DNA of 64,000 bases from an uncultured Candidatus Melainabacteria bacterium (GCA_934693235.1 CAKUUY010000009.1:1688-65687); one strand, 5' to 3'. Positions 8,285 through 16,407 are shown, numbered from the stretch's first letter. A program made the numbers and translations. The notes: generated from the letters alone by a model not told the origin.

Positions 8285-8332
8285 GTCATTCTGAGAGTTA
8301 GCGAAGAATTTCACTATGTGTCTCAGAATGAC
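8285..8332. repeat. Perfect 12-bp-stem hairpin (gtcattctgaga ... tctcagaatgac) with 24-nt loop
   Basis: Read directly; lies between gatB stop (8339) and the SIS gene start (8252). Confidence 0.85.
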
Positions 8333-8338
8333 GTAATT

Positions 8339-9781
8339 TTAACCTAAAATATCTCTCAAAATTTCGTTAACCGCTTTAGGGTTAGCTCTACCTTTAGTTT
8401 CTTTCATTACTTGACCAACGAAGAAGCCTAATAGGTTGTTTTTACCGTTTTGGTAAGCTTGAACTTCGTTTGGATGGGCATCAACGATTTTTTGAGCGAT
8501 TTCTTTGATTGCGCCAGTATCGGAAATTTGGCTTAAACCACGTTTTTCAACGATTTCAGAAGCTTTTGTGCCATCTTTCATCATGTCGATAATGATTTGT
8601 TTTCCGATATTGTTAGAAATTGTATTTTTTTCGATTAAAGAAATTAATTCAACAAGGTTCTCAGGTGTTAATTTGGTATCTGTAATTTCTTGTTTTTGTT
8701 CTTTTAAGTATGCTGTGATTTCGCCCATAATAAAGTTAACTGCGATTTTCGGAGAAGCGCCAAGTTTTAGTACTTCATCAAAGAATAGTGCCAAGCCCAT
8801 TTGTTCAACGATTACTGCTGCGTCGTATTCGCTCAAGCCTAGTGACATATAACGTTCTCGTTTCGCTTGAGGAAGCTCAGGCATTTTGTCTTTGATTTCT
8901 TGAACCCATTCTCTTGAAATTTTTAATGGCATCAAGTCAGGTTCTGGGAAGTATCTGTAATCGTGAGCATCTTCTTTGCCTCTCATAGAACGTGTTTCTC
9001 GAGAGTTGTCGTCCCAAAGTCTTGTCTCTTGAACAACTTTACCGCCTTCTTCAACGATTTCTATTTGTCTGTCGATTTCGTATTCGATTGCTCTTTGCAA
9101 AGCAGAAAAACTGTTTACGTTTTTGATTTCAGCGCGAGTTCCAAATTCATTAGAACCTTTTGGCATAATAGAAATATTTGCATCACATCTCATTGAGCCT
9201 TCTTCCAAATTGCCGTCGCAAACGCCAATGTAACGAACGATATTTCTCAATTCTTCCATATAGTTTCTTGCTTCTTCTGAAGATCTCATATCAGGCTCTG
9301 AAACGATTTCTAATAGAGGAGTTCCGGCTCTGTTCAAGTCAACTAGAGAATAAGAAGAACCTGCAAGACCGTCAGCACCTGCGTGAACAAGTTTGCCCGC
9401 ATCTTCTTCCAAGTGAGCACGTGTGATTCCAATTCTCTTTCCCTTAACGTCTAAGTAGCCGTTTACGCAGATAGGTTCATCGTATTGCGAAATTTGATAA
9501 CCTTTCGGAAGATCCGGATAAAAATATTGTTTTCTGTCGAACTTACATCTTTCCGGAATTTCACAATTTAATGCTAACCCCGTCAAGATACCCATATTGA
9601 CACATTCTTTGTTAAGAACAGGTAAAACTCCAGGCATACCTAAAGTGATAGGACTTGTTTCTGAGTTTGGCTCTTTCCCAAATTCGCAACCGTCAGGTGC
9701 GAAAATTTTTGATTTGGTTTTAAGTTGTGCGTGAACTTCTAAACCAATTACAACTTCATATTTATCTCTCAAGTCTTCCAT
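8339..9781 (-). CDS. gatB: Asp-tRNA(Asn)/Glu-tRNA(Gln) amidotransferase subunit B
   Basis: 480 aa; YEVVIGLEVHAQL..., GVLPVLN, HLEEDAGK, C-terminal YqeY-like tail. Confidence 0.93.
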   Translation of the reverse strand: MEDLRDKYEVVIGLEVHAQLKTKSKIFAPDGCEFGKEPNSETSPITLGMPGVLPVLNKECVNMGILTGLALNCEIPERCKFDRKQYFYPDLPKGYQISQYDEPICVNGYLDVKGKRIGITRAHLEEDAGKLVHAGADGLAGSSYSLVDLNRAGTPLLEIVSEPDMRSSEEARNYMEELRNIVRYIGVCDGNLEEGSMRCDANISIMPKGSNEFGTRAEIKNVNSFSALQRAIEYEIDRQIEIVEEGGKVVQETRLWDDNSRETRSMRGKEDAHDYRYFPEPDLMPLKISREWVQEIKDKMPELPQAKRERYMSLGLSEYDAAVIVEQMGLALFFDEVLKLGASPKIAVNFIMGEITAYLKEQKQEITDTKLTPENLVELISLIEKNTISNNIGKQIIIDMMKDGTKASEIVEKRGLSQISDTGAIKEIAQKIVDAHPNEVQAYQNGKNNLLGFFVGQVMKETKGRANPKAVNEILRDILG

Positions 9782-9800
9782 TATTTTCTCCTTTTTATTA

Positions 9801-9907
9801 AAGACGTTAAGTCGTCAGGTCGTTAAGACTATAAGTTCATATCGTTAAGTTTTTTAATATTGAAAAGGACTTAACGTCTTATCGTCTTAAAGTCTTAGTC
9901 ACTTAAT
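9801..9907. repeat. Inverted arrays of tandem octamers (G[AT]CGTTAA / GTCTTANN words) with a perfect 13-bp inverted repeat
   Basis: Left 9803-9850: GACGTTAA GTCGTCAG GTCGTTAA GACTATAA GTTCATAT CGTTAAGT; right 9868-9907: GACTTAAC GTCTTATC GTCTTAAA GTCTTAGT CACTTAAT; aagacgttaagtc (9801-9813) = reverse complement of 9868-9880. Confidence 0.85.
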
Positions 9908-11067
9908 TCTACCATAAACATATCCATCAAATCAATCAATTTTCTATGCATTTTTACATTGTGAACTCTTATGTAATCAATGTTTTTTTCGATTGCAAGT
10001 GCGTTAAGTGCTGCTGTGTAAATATCTTTGGTTAAATTATCTGCATCAGCCATATCTAGCAAGCTTTTTCGTGAAATTCCGAGCATAATTGGGCAGCCTA
10101 AAGATTGAAATTCTTCTACTCTGCGGATTATTTCAAAATTATTTTCTCTCGATTTCCCAAAGCCAATTCCAGGGTCAATTATTATGTTTTCAATTCCTTT
10201 TGAGTGCGCAAAATCTATTTTTTTTCTTAGGTTTAAGAAAATTTCTTCCATTAAGTCAGCGTATGCAGGTGAATTTTGCATATTTTCAGGAGTACCTTTA
10301 GAGTGTTGAATAATTATCGGTATATTGTACTTTGCGATTACATTAACCATGTTTTCATCATAATCGAAACCTGAAACGTCATTGATAATGTTTGCACCGG
10401 CTTTTAGACATTCTTCTGCAACTTCTGCACAGCGTGTATCTATACTTAATGGAATTTTACCTTTTGCAAAATCAATAATAGGTAAAAGTTTTTTGAGTTG
10501 TTCAGTTGTCGGAACAGCTTGAGAGTATGGCTTTGTAGACTCTGCACCGATATCAATAATATCTGCTCCATCTTCAATTAATTCTAATAAATGTTTTTTT
10601 GCTTTTTCAAAATCGTTGTATATCCCGCCATCGGAAAAAGAATTTGGCGTGATGTTGAGTATCCCGACGAGTCGAGTTTGTCCCCCCTCTCCAGTAAATA
10701 CGCGTCTCTCTCTTTTAACTTGGGGTAAGGTTTGGAGTATTTCTTCTCCGAGTTTTTTTAAATCAAACGGTTGATATTTCAGTTTTTCTGCAACTTTTTT
10801 TATTTGAGAAAGACTTCCTCCTAAAATGCAGTTTGAATTTTCTATTTTGCCTGTGATGACTTCTCTATGTGTTGCACAATCACATCCGACAGAAAGAGCT
10901 GTTTGTTTGATGATATTTGCCATTGCCGGAGTTAAAGAATAAATCTTTATATTTTTATACTCAAATTTTTCTTTAGCCTTATGCGTGTATAATCTGTCAA
11001 AACCAATTTTTTTTAATTCGGTTTCAATATCAGAATTTTTAATCTCTCTCAATATAAAATCGTGCAT
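9895..11067 (-). CDS. folP: Dihydropteroate synthase with ~125-aa N-terminal extra domain
   Basis: GILNITPNSFSDGG and downstream pterin-binding barrel motifs from about residue 125; 390 aa versus ~270 for minimal FolP. Confidence 0.85.
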   Translation of the reverse strand: MHDFILREIKNSDIETELKKIGFDRLYTHKAKEKFEYKNIKIYSLTPAMANIIKQTALSVGCDCATHREVITGKIENSNCILGGSLSQIKKVAEKLKYQPFDLKKLGEEILQTLPQVKRERRVFTGEGGQTRLVGILNITPNSFSDGGIYNDFEKAKKHLLELIEDGADIIDIGAESTKPYSQAVPTTEQLKKLLPIIDFAKGKIPLSIDTRCAEVAEECLKAGANIINDVSGFDYDENMVNVIAKYNIPIIIQHSKGTPENMQNSPAYADLMEEIFLNLRKKIDFAHSKGIENIIIDPGIGFGKSRENNFEIIRRVEEFQSLGCPIMLGISRKSLLDMADADNLTKDIYTAALNALAIEKNIDYIRVHNVKMHRKLIDLMDMFMVELSD

Positions 11068-11257
11068 AGCATTAGCTTAGCATGATTTTATGTATTTAAC
11101 AATTAGTAATTCTATCCAGAGCAAATTTTTGTAGCATTTTCAGCGGTAATGTATTCATTAATATTGAAATATTGCATAAAGTCGATAATCCAGTTTGGAT
11201 TTACTTCCTAATAGGCTGCTATAGCAATCTATTAGAAATCGATTCAGCACTAAAATT

Positions 11258-11533
11258 GTGAATATGCAAGAGGATTGTAAAAAGAAAGAATTAATGTCCG
11301 TTTTGGGGCAAACTGTAAAACAACTTCGGTTAGAAAAGGCTAAGTCTATTTATAGAATTTCTGCAGAAGCATCTATGTCTAAGGCAACATGGCGCGAAGT
11401 AGAATTAGGACTGTGCAAAGATGTTACGCTTTCTACGCTATATAAAATTTCAGATGGTCTAGAAATCTCTATTTCAGATTTGTTGCAGAAAGTTAATAGC
11501 ACTCTTGGAGAAGGTTTTTCGTTAACGGATTAA
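11258..11533 (+). CDS. XRE-family helix-turn-helix protein
   Basis: ...LGQTVKQLRLEKAKSIYRISAEASMSKATWREVELG...LSTLYKISDGLEISISDLL; real start probably ATG 11264 or 11294. Confidence 0.7.
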   Translation: MNMQEDCKKKELMSVLGQTVKQLRLEKAKSIYRISAEASMSKATWREVELGLCKDVTLSTLYKISDGLEISISDLLQKVNSTLGEGFSLTD

Positions 11534-12015
11534 TCTTTGTTTACTTGTTTTTCAATAGCTTCGGTTGTAACTTTGCCGATGTCTGATAGACCTGAAATTA
11601 GTGTAACAATACCAAATCCGTAACCAAGAGTTCCTGCTCCAAATTTAAACAATTTGCTATTGACCAGTGGTTTAAGCATTTTGGAGTTTTGAAGTGTTTT
11701 ACCCCAATTAAGAATTGCGTTCTTTGCCCATTTTGTGTTTTCAAGAACTTTGGTCCACAATCCTTTTGTTTGTTTGGCAACATCTGAGGCCGTTTTAGCA
11801 GAAGTTGTTACTCCTTTAGAAACTTTCGAAGCAGAGCTAAACATGTCAAATCCTGATTTTGCAGCTTTGGCTCTTGCTGCTGTTGTTGTTGCGGCAACAG
11901 CTCCACCACCGGTTACTACTTTTTTGTCTCTGTCTTTTTCTTCTTGAGTTCGAGGTCTGTTCAACCTGTTGTGTTTGCCTGTAAATGCAATATTTTCATC
12001 TAATGAAACAGTCAT
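11530..12015 (-). CDS. Hypothetical Lys/Trp-rich protein with Gly/Ala/Thr-rich segment and C-terminal glycine-zipper TM
   Basis: 161 aa; VVTGGGAVAATTTAA, GLWTKVLENTKWAKNAILNWGK, FGAGTLGYGFGIVTLISGL; start overlaps stop of the upstream ORF (ATGA-type junction at 12015). Confidence 0.6.
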   Translation of the reverse strand: MTVSLDENIAFTGKHNRLNRPRTQEEKDRDKKVVTGGGAVAATTTAARAKAAKSGFDMFSSASKVSKGVTTSAKTASDVAKQTKGLWTKVLENTKWAKNAILNWGKTLQNSKMLKPLVNSKLFKFGAGTLGYGFGIVTLISGLSDIGKVTTEAIEKQVNKD

Positions 12016-12695
12016 TATTCAGCATCCTTTTCATTTTGTTCTTTTAATGCAGTTACACCTGATGCTATACCGCCAGATGCGCCTACTGTATTGACTGTAA
12101 CTTTTTCATAAGTTTCTTTTTTTACGCTTTTAATTTTGTCAAGTACCCAGTTAGCCCCATTTTTAATTTTGTTATATACTTTGCCGACAAATTCATTAGT
12201 AGCATTGAAAGCTTTTACAATAGGCTTTCCGATTTTTGAGTTTGCGAATTTATTACCCCATTCAACCAATTTCCCTTTTGGAGTAGTATAAGCTTTAGAT
12301 TTTGTAAATTTGTCCCAAAGAGATTTAGCATATGTTTTAGCTGAATCATATGCTTTGTTAAGTTTTGCTTTCATTCCGACAACAGCTTTACTTTTGTTTA
12401 ATGCTTTAAAACCTTGGATAGACTTTTTAGCCCCCCAGCCGGTAGCCATACCGCCTAAGATACCACCAGTTACAATGGCTCCGCCTTTTATCAATTTTTG
12501 AGCTGTTTTAGGCATGTGCAGGTCTTTATTGTTTGCCAAATTTTCAAATTCGTCTCGTTGTTCTTCGAGTTCTTCTTTTGCTGTTTTATAAGAATCTTCA
12601 TCTGCAAAAGGATCAAATTCAAATTCTGTTTTATCTTGATTCATTTTGAATGCAGGTTTGTAATTTGTTGAAAAGTTTGGTTGAATTGTTAACAT
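12015..12695 (-). CDS. Hypothetical protein: N-terminal PNFSTN..AFK motif, acidic FDPFADED segment, glycine zipper, Lys-rich amphipathic tail
   Basis: 226 aa; GGAIVTGGILGGMATGWGA; many K-x-x-K/W repeats; GGAGAA SD upstream. Confidence 0.6.
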   Translation of the reverse strand: MLTIQPNFSTNYKPAFKMNQDKTEFEFDPFADEDSYKTAKEELEEQRDEFENLANNKDLHMPKTAQKLIKGGAIVTGGILGGMATGWGAKKSIQGFKALNKSKAVVGMKAKLNKAYDSAKTYAKSLWDKFTKSKAYTTPKGKLVEWGNKFANSKIGKPIVKAFNATNEFVGKVYNKIKNGANWVLDKIKSVKKETYEKVTVNTVGASGGIASGVTALKEQNEKDAE

Positions 12696-12824
12696 ATATT
12701 TTCTCCGTTAAATTCTTTCACGATTACTAATATTCGTAAAGAAATTTTCTTGCTGTTTTGTTAATAAATCGTTACATATATTTTGTTCACACACATCCAC
12801 CAGATTATTATTGCATATAAAGTC

Positions 12825-13751
12825 TTATTTGTAAATATATTTACAACCTTGAAATGAATTTCTATTAATAAATTCTCTATCTATTTTGTTTAAGCAATCA
12901 AATTTTTTGGAAAGCCAAAGAGGCGCGATTAATTCAGAACTTAAACCGTTTCCTGCAAGTCTATGAATTGTTGTTGTTTTGGGCAAATATTCCAAAAAGT
13001 CGCAAACAGTCTGAACATATTCATCTTCACTCATAAAAGATATTTCGTTGTTTTCATACATTTTTGCAAGTTTTGTTCCATTGAGAGCGCAGAGCATGTG
13101 GATTTTTACTCCGTCAACTCCGAGTTCTGCAAGTTTTTGTGCTGTTTGCATAATTTCATCATGCGTTTCCCAAAGTCCAAAAATTACGTGTACACAGACA
13201 TTTATGCCAGCTTCTTTCGTTTTTTCATAAGCATTTAAAAAACAATCAAAATCGTGCCCTCGATTAATTTTTTGTAGAGTTTTGTTGTGAATTGATTGTA
13301 AACCATATTCAATCCAAGTGTAATAGTCGTCTTTGTACGATGAAATTAGTTTAATTTTTTCTGCATCAATACAATCTGGTCGGGTGCCAATAGAAATTCC
13401 GACTACATCAGGATGATTAAGTGCCGAATTATAAATTTTTTCAAGCTTGTACACAGGCTTATATGTATTTGAATAAGCTTGAAAATAAGACATAAATTTT
13501 TGCGCTTTAAATCTGTTTTTTAATGTTTCTGCGCCAACTTTGACTTGTTCTTCAATTGGTAAAAGTTTGGAATGTGCTTGAGAAAAACTTCCTCCCTCAT
13601 CGCAAAAAATACATCCACCAGTAGAAATTGATCCATCTCGATTAGGACACGAAAAACCGGCATCAAGAGTTATTTTATAAACTTTGCAGCCGAATTTGTT
13701 TTTTAAATATGCACTGTATTGATTATAGCGTTTTTCTGTGTGGTTGAACAA
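12825..13751 (-). CDS. Radical SAM protein, TIGR01212 (YhcC-like) family
   Basis: 308 aa; FSCPNRDGSISTGGCIFCDEGGS cluster motif and overall YhcC-like layout; TTG start. Confidence 0.8.
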   Translation of the reverse strand: MFNHTEKRYNQYSAYLKNKFGCKVYKITLDAGFSCPNRDGSISTGGCIFCDEGGSFSQAHSKLLPIEEQVKVGAETLKNRFKAQKFMSYFQAYSNTYKPVYKLEKIYNSALNHPDVVGISIGTRPDCIDAEKIKLISSYKDDYYTWIEYGLQSIHNKTLQKINRGHDFDCFLNAYEKTKEAGINVCVHVIFGLWETHDEIMQTAQKLAELGVDGVKIHMLCALNGTKLAKMYENNEISFMSEDEYVQTVCDFLEYLPKTTTIHRLAGNGLSSELIAPLWLSKKFDCLNKIDREFINRNSFQGCKYIYK

Positions 13752-13784
13752 GCTTGCGCTCCTCCTCTTAAAGAGCCTAAAAAC

Positions 13785-13860
13785 GTAGGGCGGGATATCT
13801 TACCCCGCCATCGAGAATAAATTAAGTTTTCTTGTTGGTTAGGTGGGTATTCCGTCCTAC
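13785..13860. repeat. GC-rich nested palindromes (GTAGG... units)
   Basis: ggcggg (13889? see note) - read as gtagggcggga...cccgcc hairpin at 13785-13809 and tccgtcctac at 13851-13860, which is the complement of gtaggacgga-like 13785-13795. Confidence 0.5.
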
Positions 13861-13879
13861 TTGACTTATAGCTGAGGTG

Positions 13880-14047
13880 CTATTTATTTTCTTCTTCGTC
13901 ATAAATCGGATAAACGTAGTGTTCGCCACAATTTGGACATACGACTTCTTGTTGTTTCCCGTCTTCAAGTTTAGCTACTTCAAACAAAGTTTTGCAACCT
14001 GATTGTACGCATCTGATTGCCCAGCTTGGTCTTATTAATCTTGCCAT
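13880..14047 (-). CDS. Small zinc-ribbon-like protein (55 aa), missed by the ORF track
   Basis: MARLIRPSWAIRCVQSGCKTLFEVAKLEDGKQQEVVCPNCGEHYVYPIYDEEENK; Cx4C...CxxC; AGAGGA SD 8 nt upstream of the ATG. Confidence 0.65.
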   Translation of the reverse strand: MARLIRPSWAIRCVQSGCKTLFEVAKLEDGKQQEVVCPNCGEHYVYPIYDEEENK

Positions 14048-14182
14048 AATTTTTTCCTCTTTTTTTACTATTACAAAAGTATCTTATCATTTTAAACTAC
14101 TTAATGCAAGTCATTAAAATTATATTAAAGAGCAATAAAAAATTTTTTACATTGACTTAAATTATTTTTACTGAAAGGACTT

Positions 14183-14485
14183 TTGATGAAAAAATTATTA
14201 ATATTTTTATCTGTTTTTGTTATCAGTTTAATTGCCTTTTTTGATGCGAAAGAAAGGCTTGCAGAACTTGGTAGTGTTGCTGCAAATACTCCATCTCAAA
14301 TTGAAATGAAGCAAATGATAAACAAAACCGATGAACAGATGATGCGTCATGTTCCGGATTTTCAAACCTCTGAACAAAAAAAGTCTCAAACAATTCAGGA
14401 TAAAATGAACGCAGGACGTGCAGATAGTCAAAATCAGCTGAATAATGTGGATAAAAGACGAGATACAATAAATAATAGACAATAA
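14183..14485 (+). CDS. Small secreted hypothetical protein
   Basis: N-terminal signal-like MKKLLIFLSVFVISLIAFF; polar Q/N/K-rich remainder; ATG at 14186 likely. Confidence 0.55.
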   Translation: MMKKLLIFLSVFVISLIAFFDAKERLAELGSVAANTPSQIEMKQMINKTDEQMMRHVPDFQTSEQKKSQTIQDKMNAGRADSQNQLNNVDKRRDTINNRQ

Positions 14486-14521
14486 ATTAGAGCCGCAAAG
14501 AAGCTAAGTTTATTTTTTTTG

Positions 14522-15319
14522 CTATATCCCAAAAATCATGTCGCCATAAAATGGCTCTGAATTGTCTTTTGTTTTCGGCTTTTCGGGAATTGTGCGTTCA
14601 AATCGTAATGCTCCACCGTTGTTGTCGTCAACTTTAGAGTCAATCGGGCGAATTGCTTTTGGGAAAAATCTAAGCATAATATTTTGAGAGGCAGATGGTG
14701 CTACAACAGTCCTTGAATAAAGTTTTATTTTTTCAAGTTCTTCGTTTGCTTGTGCATATGTTTTTGCAGAAAAAGTGTTATCGTTTGCCCCGATTTTTGT
14801 AGAATAATTGTTACTCCACATAACAAGGTCGTTGACAGTGTCTAGCAAAACAACAGATGTCTCAAGTCTGTACGGATATGAAATATCAAAATTAGATGAA
14901 ATATTCAAGATTTCCCAAATACTGCGTTTCATAGAGTTTTTGTTTGTGACGGCAGCGCCGGAAATTATTAATACAGATTTGCAGTTGAAGCTGTTCCCAA
15001 CTTTTTTTATTGCGGCATAATCAAGTTTGTTAGTGTTTTTATACTTGTTTAATAGTGTACTTGTTGTTTGTTTTAAATCCTGATTTTTGTTTAATTTTGC
15101 CCGAACCTCGTACAAATCAGGAGATTTTATTTTTCCGTTTGATAAATTGAACTCATTGATGAGATCATTTGCAATAATCTCTGAAACCTCTTCAAATCCA
15201 TAGTAATTTTCTTTTGTATTAAACAAATCTGACGGCAAAACAAGCACATCAAAAGTGATTGCCTGTGCAAAAGAGGTTAATAATGTAAATATTAAACAAA
15301 GTTTTGCTAAGAATTTCAT
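14522..15319 (-). CDS. Secreted hypothetical protein
   Basis: MKFLAKLCLIFTLLTSFAQA signal peptide from ATG 15319 (track ORF starts at 15337). Confidence 0.6.
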   Translation of the reverse strand: MKFLAKLCLIFTLLTSFAQAITFDVLVLPSDLFNTKENYYGFEEVSEIIANDLINEFNLSNGKIKSPDLYEVRAKLNKNQDLKQTTSTLLNKYKNTNKLDYAAIKKVGNSFNCKSVLIISGAAVTNKNSMKRSIWEILNISSNFDISYPYRLETSVVLLDTVNDLVMWSNNYSTKIGANDNTFSAKTYAQANEELEKIKLYSRTVVAPSASQNIMLRFFPKAIRPIDSKVDDNNGGALRFERTIPEKPKTKDNSEPFYGDMIFGI

Positions 15320-15397
15320 AATTGTATTATAGCACAATATCCTTAAATTAAAGGATAACAGAATTGTTAAAAATTATTATCTGCAAAAGTTTTTTTG

Positions 15398-15675
15398 ATT
15401 ACGGAGTCAAATTGCCACGATAGCGGCATGAACAATAACTTGTTAGTGAAACAGACAACAAAAACAGCCATTATTTGAGCGTTTAGCGAGTTTGGCTGTA
15501 TTAGAGTTGAACTTACAAGTTATTAGAGAATGGAGCGTGTGGCTGGCTTTGTGGAACTTTTTACACAAAAAGTTCCCGCAGTCCGCGCAGGACAAATATT
15601 TTTGCAATTCAAATTTTACCAATGTTTATTCTTAACTTTAATATATGCGAAAAAGTGCCAAATTGACTCCGTAAT
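15398..15675. mobile_element. MITE-like / structured non-coding element, copy A, with 21-bp terminal inverted repeats
   Basis: attacggagtcaaattgccac (15398-15418) versus gtgccaaattgactccgtaat (15655-15675), 19/21 complementary; internal stems 15434-43/15515-24, 15464-70/15493-99 and perfect 10-bp hairpin 15553-15576; no ORF. Confidence 0.7.
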
Positions 15676-15759
15676 TTTAATTTAATTAATTATAAAAATT
15701 TTCTATATTTCGTATAATTGTAGGATAACAAATCTTGAAAAATAATCTAGAATGCGGAT

Positions 15760-16143
15760 ATGAAATACGAAGAAATGATAAAATCGGCTGCAGAAGCCTC
15801 AAAGAATGCTTATGTCCCATATTCAAAATTTCCGGTAGGTGCTTGTGTCTTAGCTGAAAGCGGAAAAGTTTATATCGGTTGCAATTTTGAAAACTCTAGT
15901 TATGGAATGACAATTTGTGCAGAACGAAATGCAATAGGTTCGGCAATTGCGGCTGGAGAAAGAAAAATCAGGGCAGTTGCGATATTTTCTCCAAAGATGA
16001 AATATTGTGTTCCATGTGGGGCTTGCAGACAAGTTATGAGTGAATTTGTTTCTTCTGACGGCCTTGATATTGTTCTTGAAACAGAAAATGGAATTGTCGT
16101 AAAAACGCTTAAAGAAATGTTGCCGGACAGTTTTGAATTATAA
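15760..16143 (+). CDS. cdd: Cytidine deaminase
   Basis: 127 aa; CAERNAI and CVPCGACRQV zinc-binding motifs. Confidence 0.9.
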   Translation: MKYEEMIKSAAEASKNAYVPYSKFPVGACVLAESGKVYIGCNFENSSYGMTICAERNAIGSAIAAGERKIRAVAIFSPKMKYCVPCGACRQVMSEFVSSDGLDIVLETENGIVVKTLKEMLPDSFEL

Positions 16144-16146
16144 ATT

Positions 16147-16374
16147 ATGTATCTTTTTGAACTAATAACCAAATATATTCAGGGTAAAAAATATAGCAAA
16201 AAACTTGATTTTGATCCGTTTGCTCAGGATGAAGAAAATTCAGAATTTAATTCCGAAAATTGTGAGCACGTTTTTCTGCCAATTGATAGCACTGAAGAAA
16301 CTCTCGCCTGCTCAAAATGCGGACTTGTTGTAAAACGCAAAGATTTGAAAGATGTGAATATATTTAAGCATTGA
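16147..16374 (+). CDS. Small hypothetical protein with acidic DFDPFAQDEE motif and C-terminal Cys pairs
   Basis: 75 aa; CEH...CSKCG; starts 3 nt after cdd. Confidence 0.5.
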   Translation: MYLFELITKYIQGKKYSKKLDFDPFAQDEENSEFNSENCEHVFLPIDSTEETLACSKCGLVVKRKDLKDVNIFKH

Positions 16375-16378
16375 TGGG

Positions 16379-16407
16379 TTGAAATATGTATAAAAATTTG
16401 TTATACT
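16379..16407 (+). promoter_or_regulatory. Sigma70-type promoter of hicBA (TTGAAA-17-TATACT)
   Basis: -35 at 16379-16384, 17-nt spacer, -10 at 16402-16407; GAGAGG SD before ATG 16426. Confidence 0.6.

Noticed and set aside
10681-10687. Run of six C (G6 on the coding strand) inside folP, considered as another phase-variable tract
   Set aside because: It is only 6 nt and in-frame, encoding the GEGGQ segment of an essential enzyme. That is well below the length at which slippage is frequent.
15398-15675. Retron msr/msd, group II intron fragment or IS110-type bridge RNA, considered for the TIR-bounded element
   Set aside because: No reverse transcriptase, maturase or recombinase ORF is adjacent (next gene is cdd). 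There are no GUGYG...AY intron ends and no domain V-like sequence.
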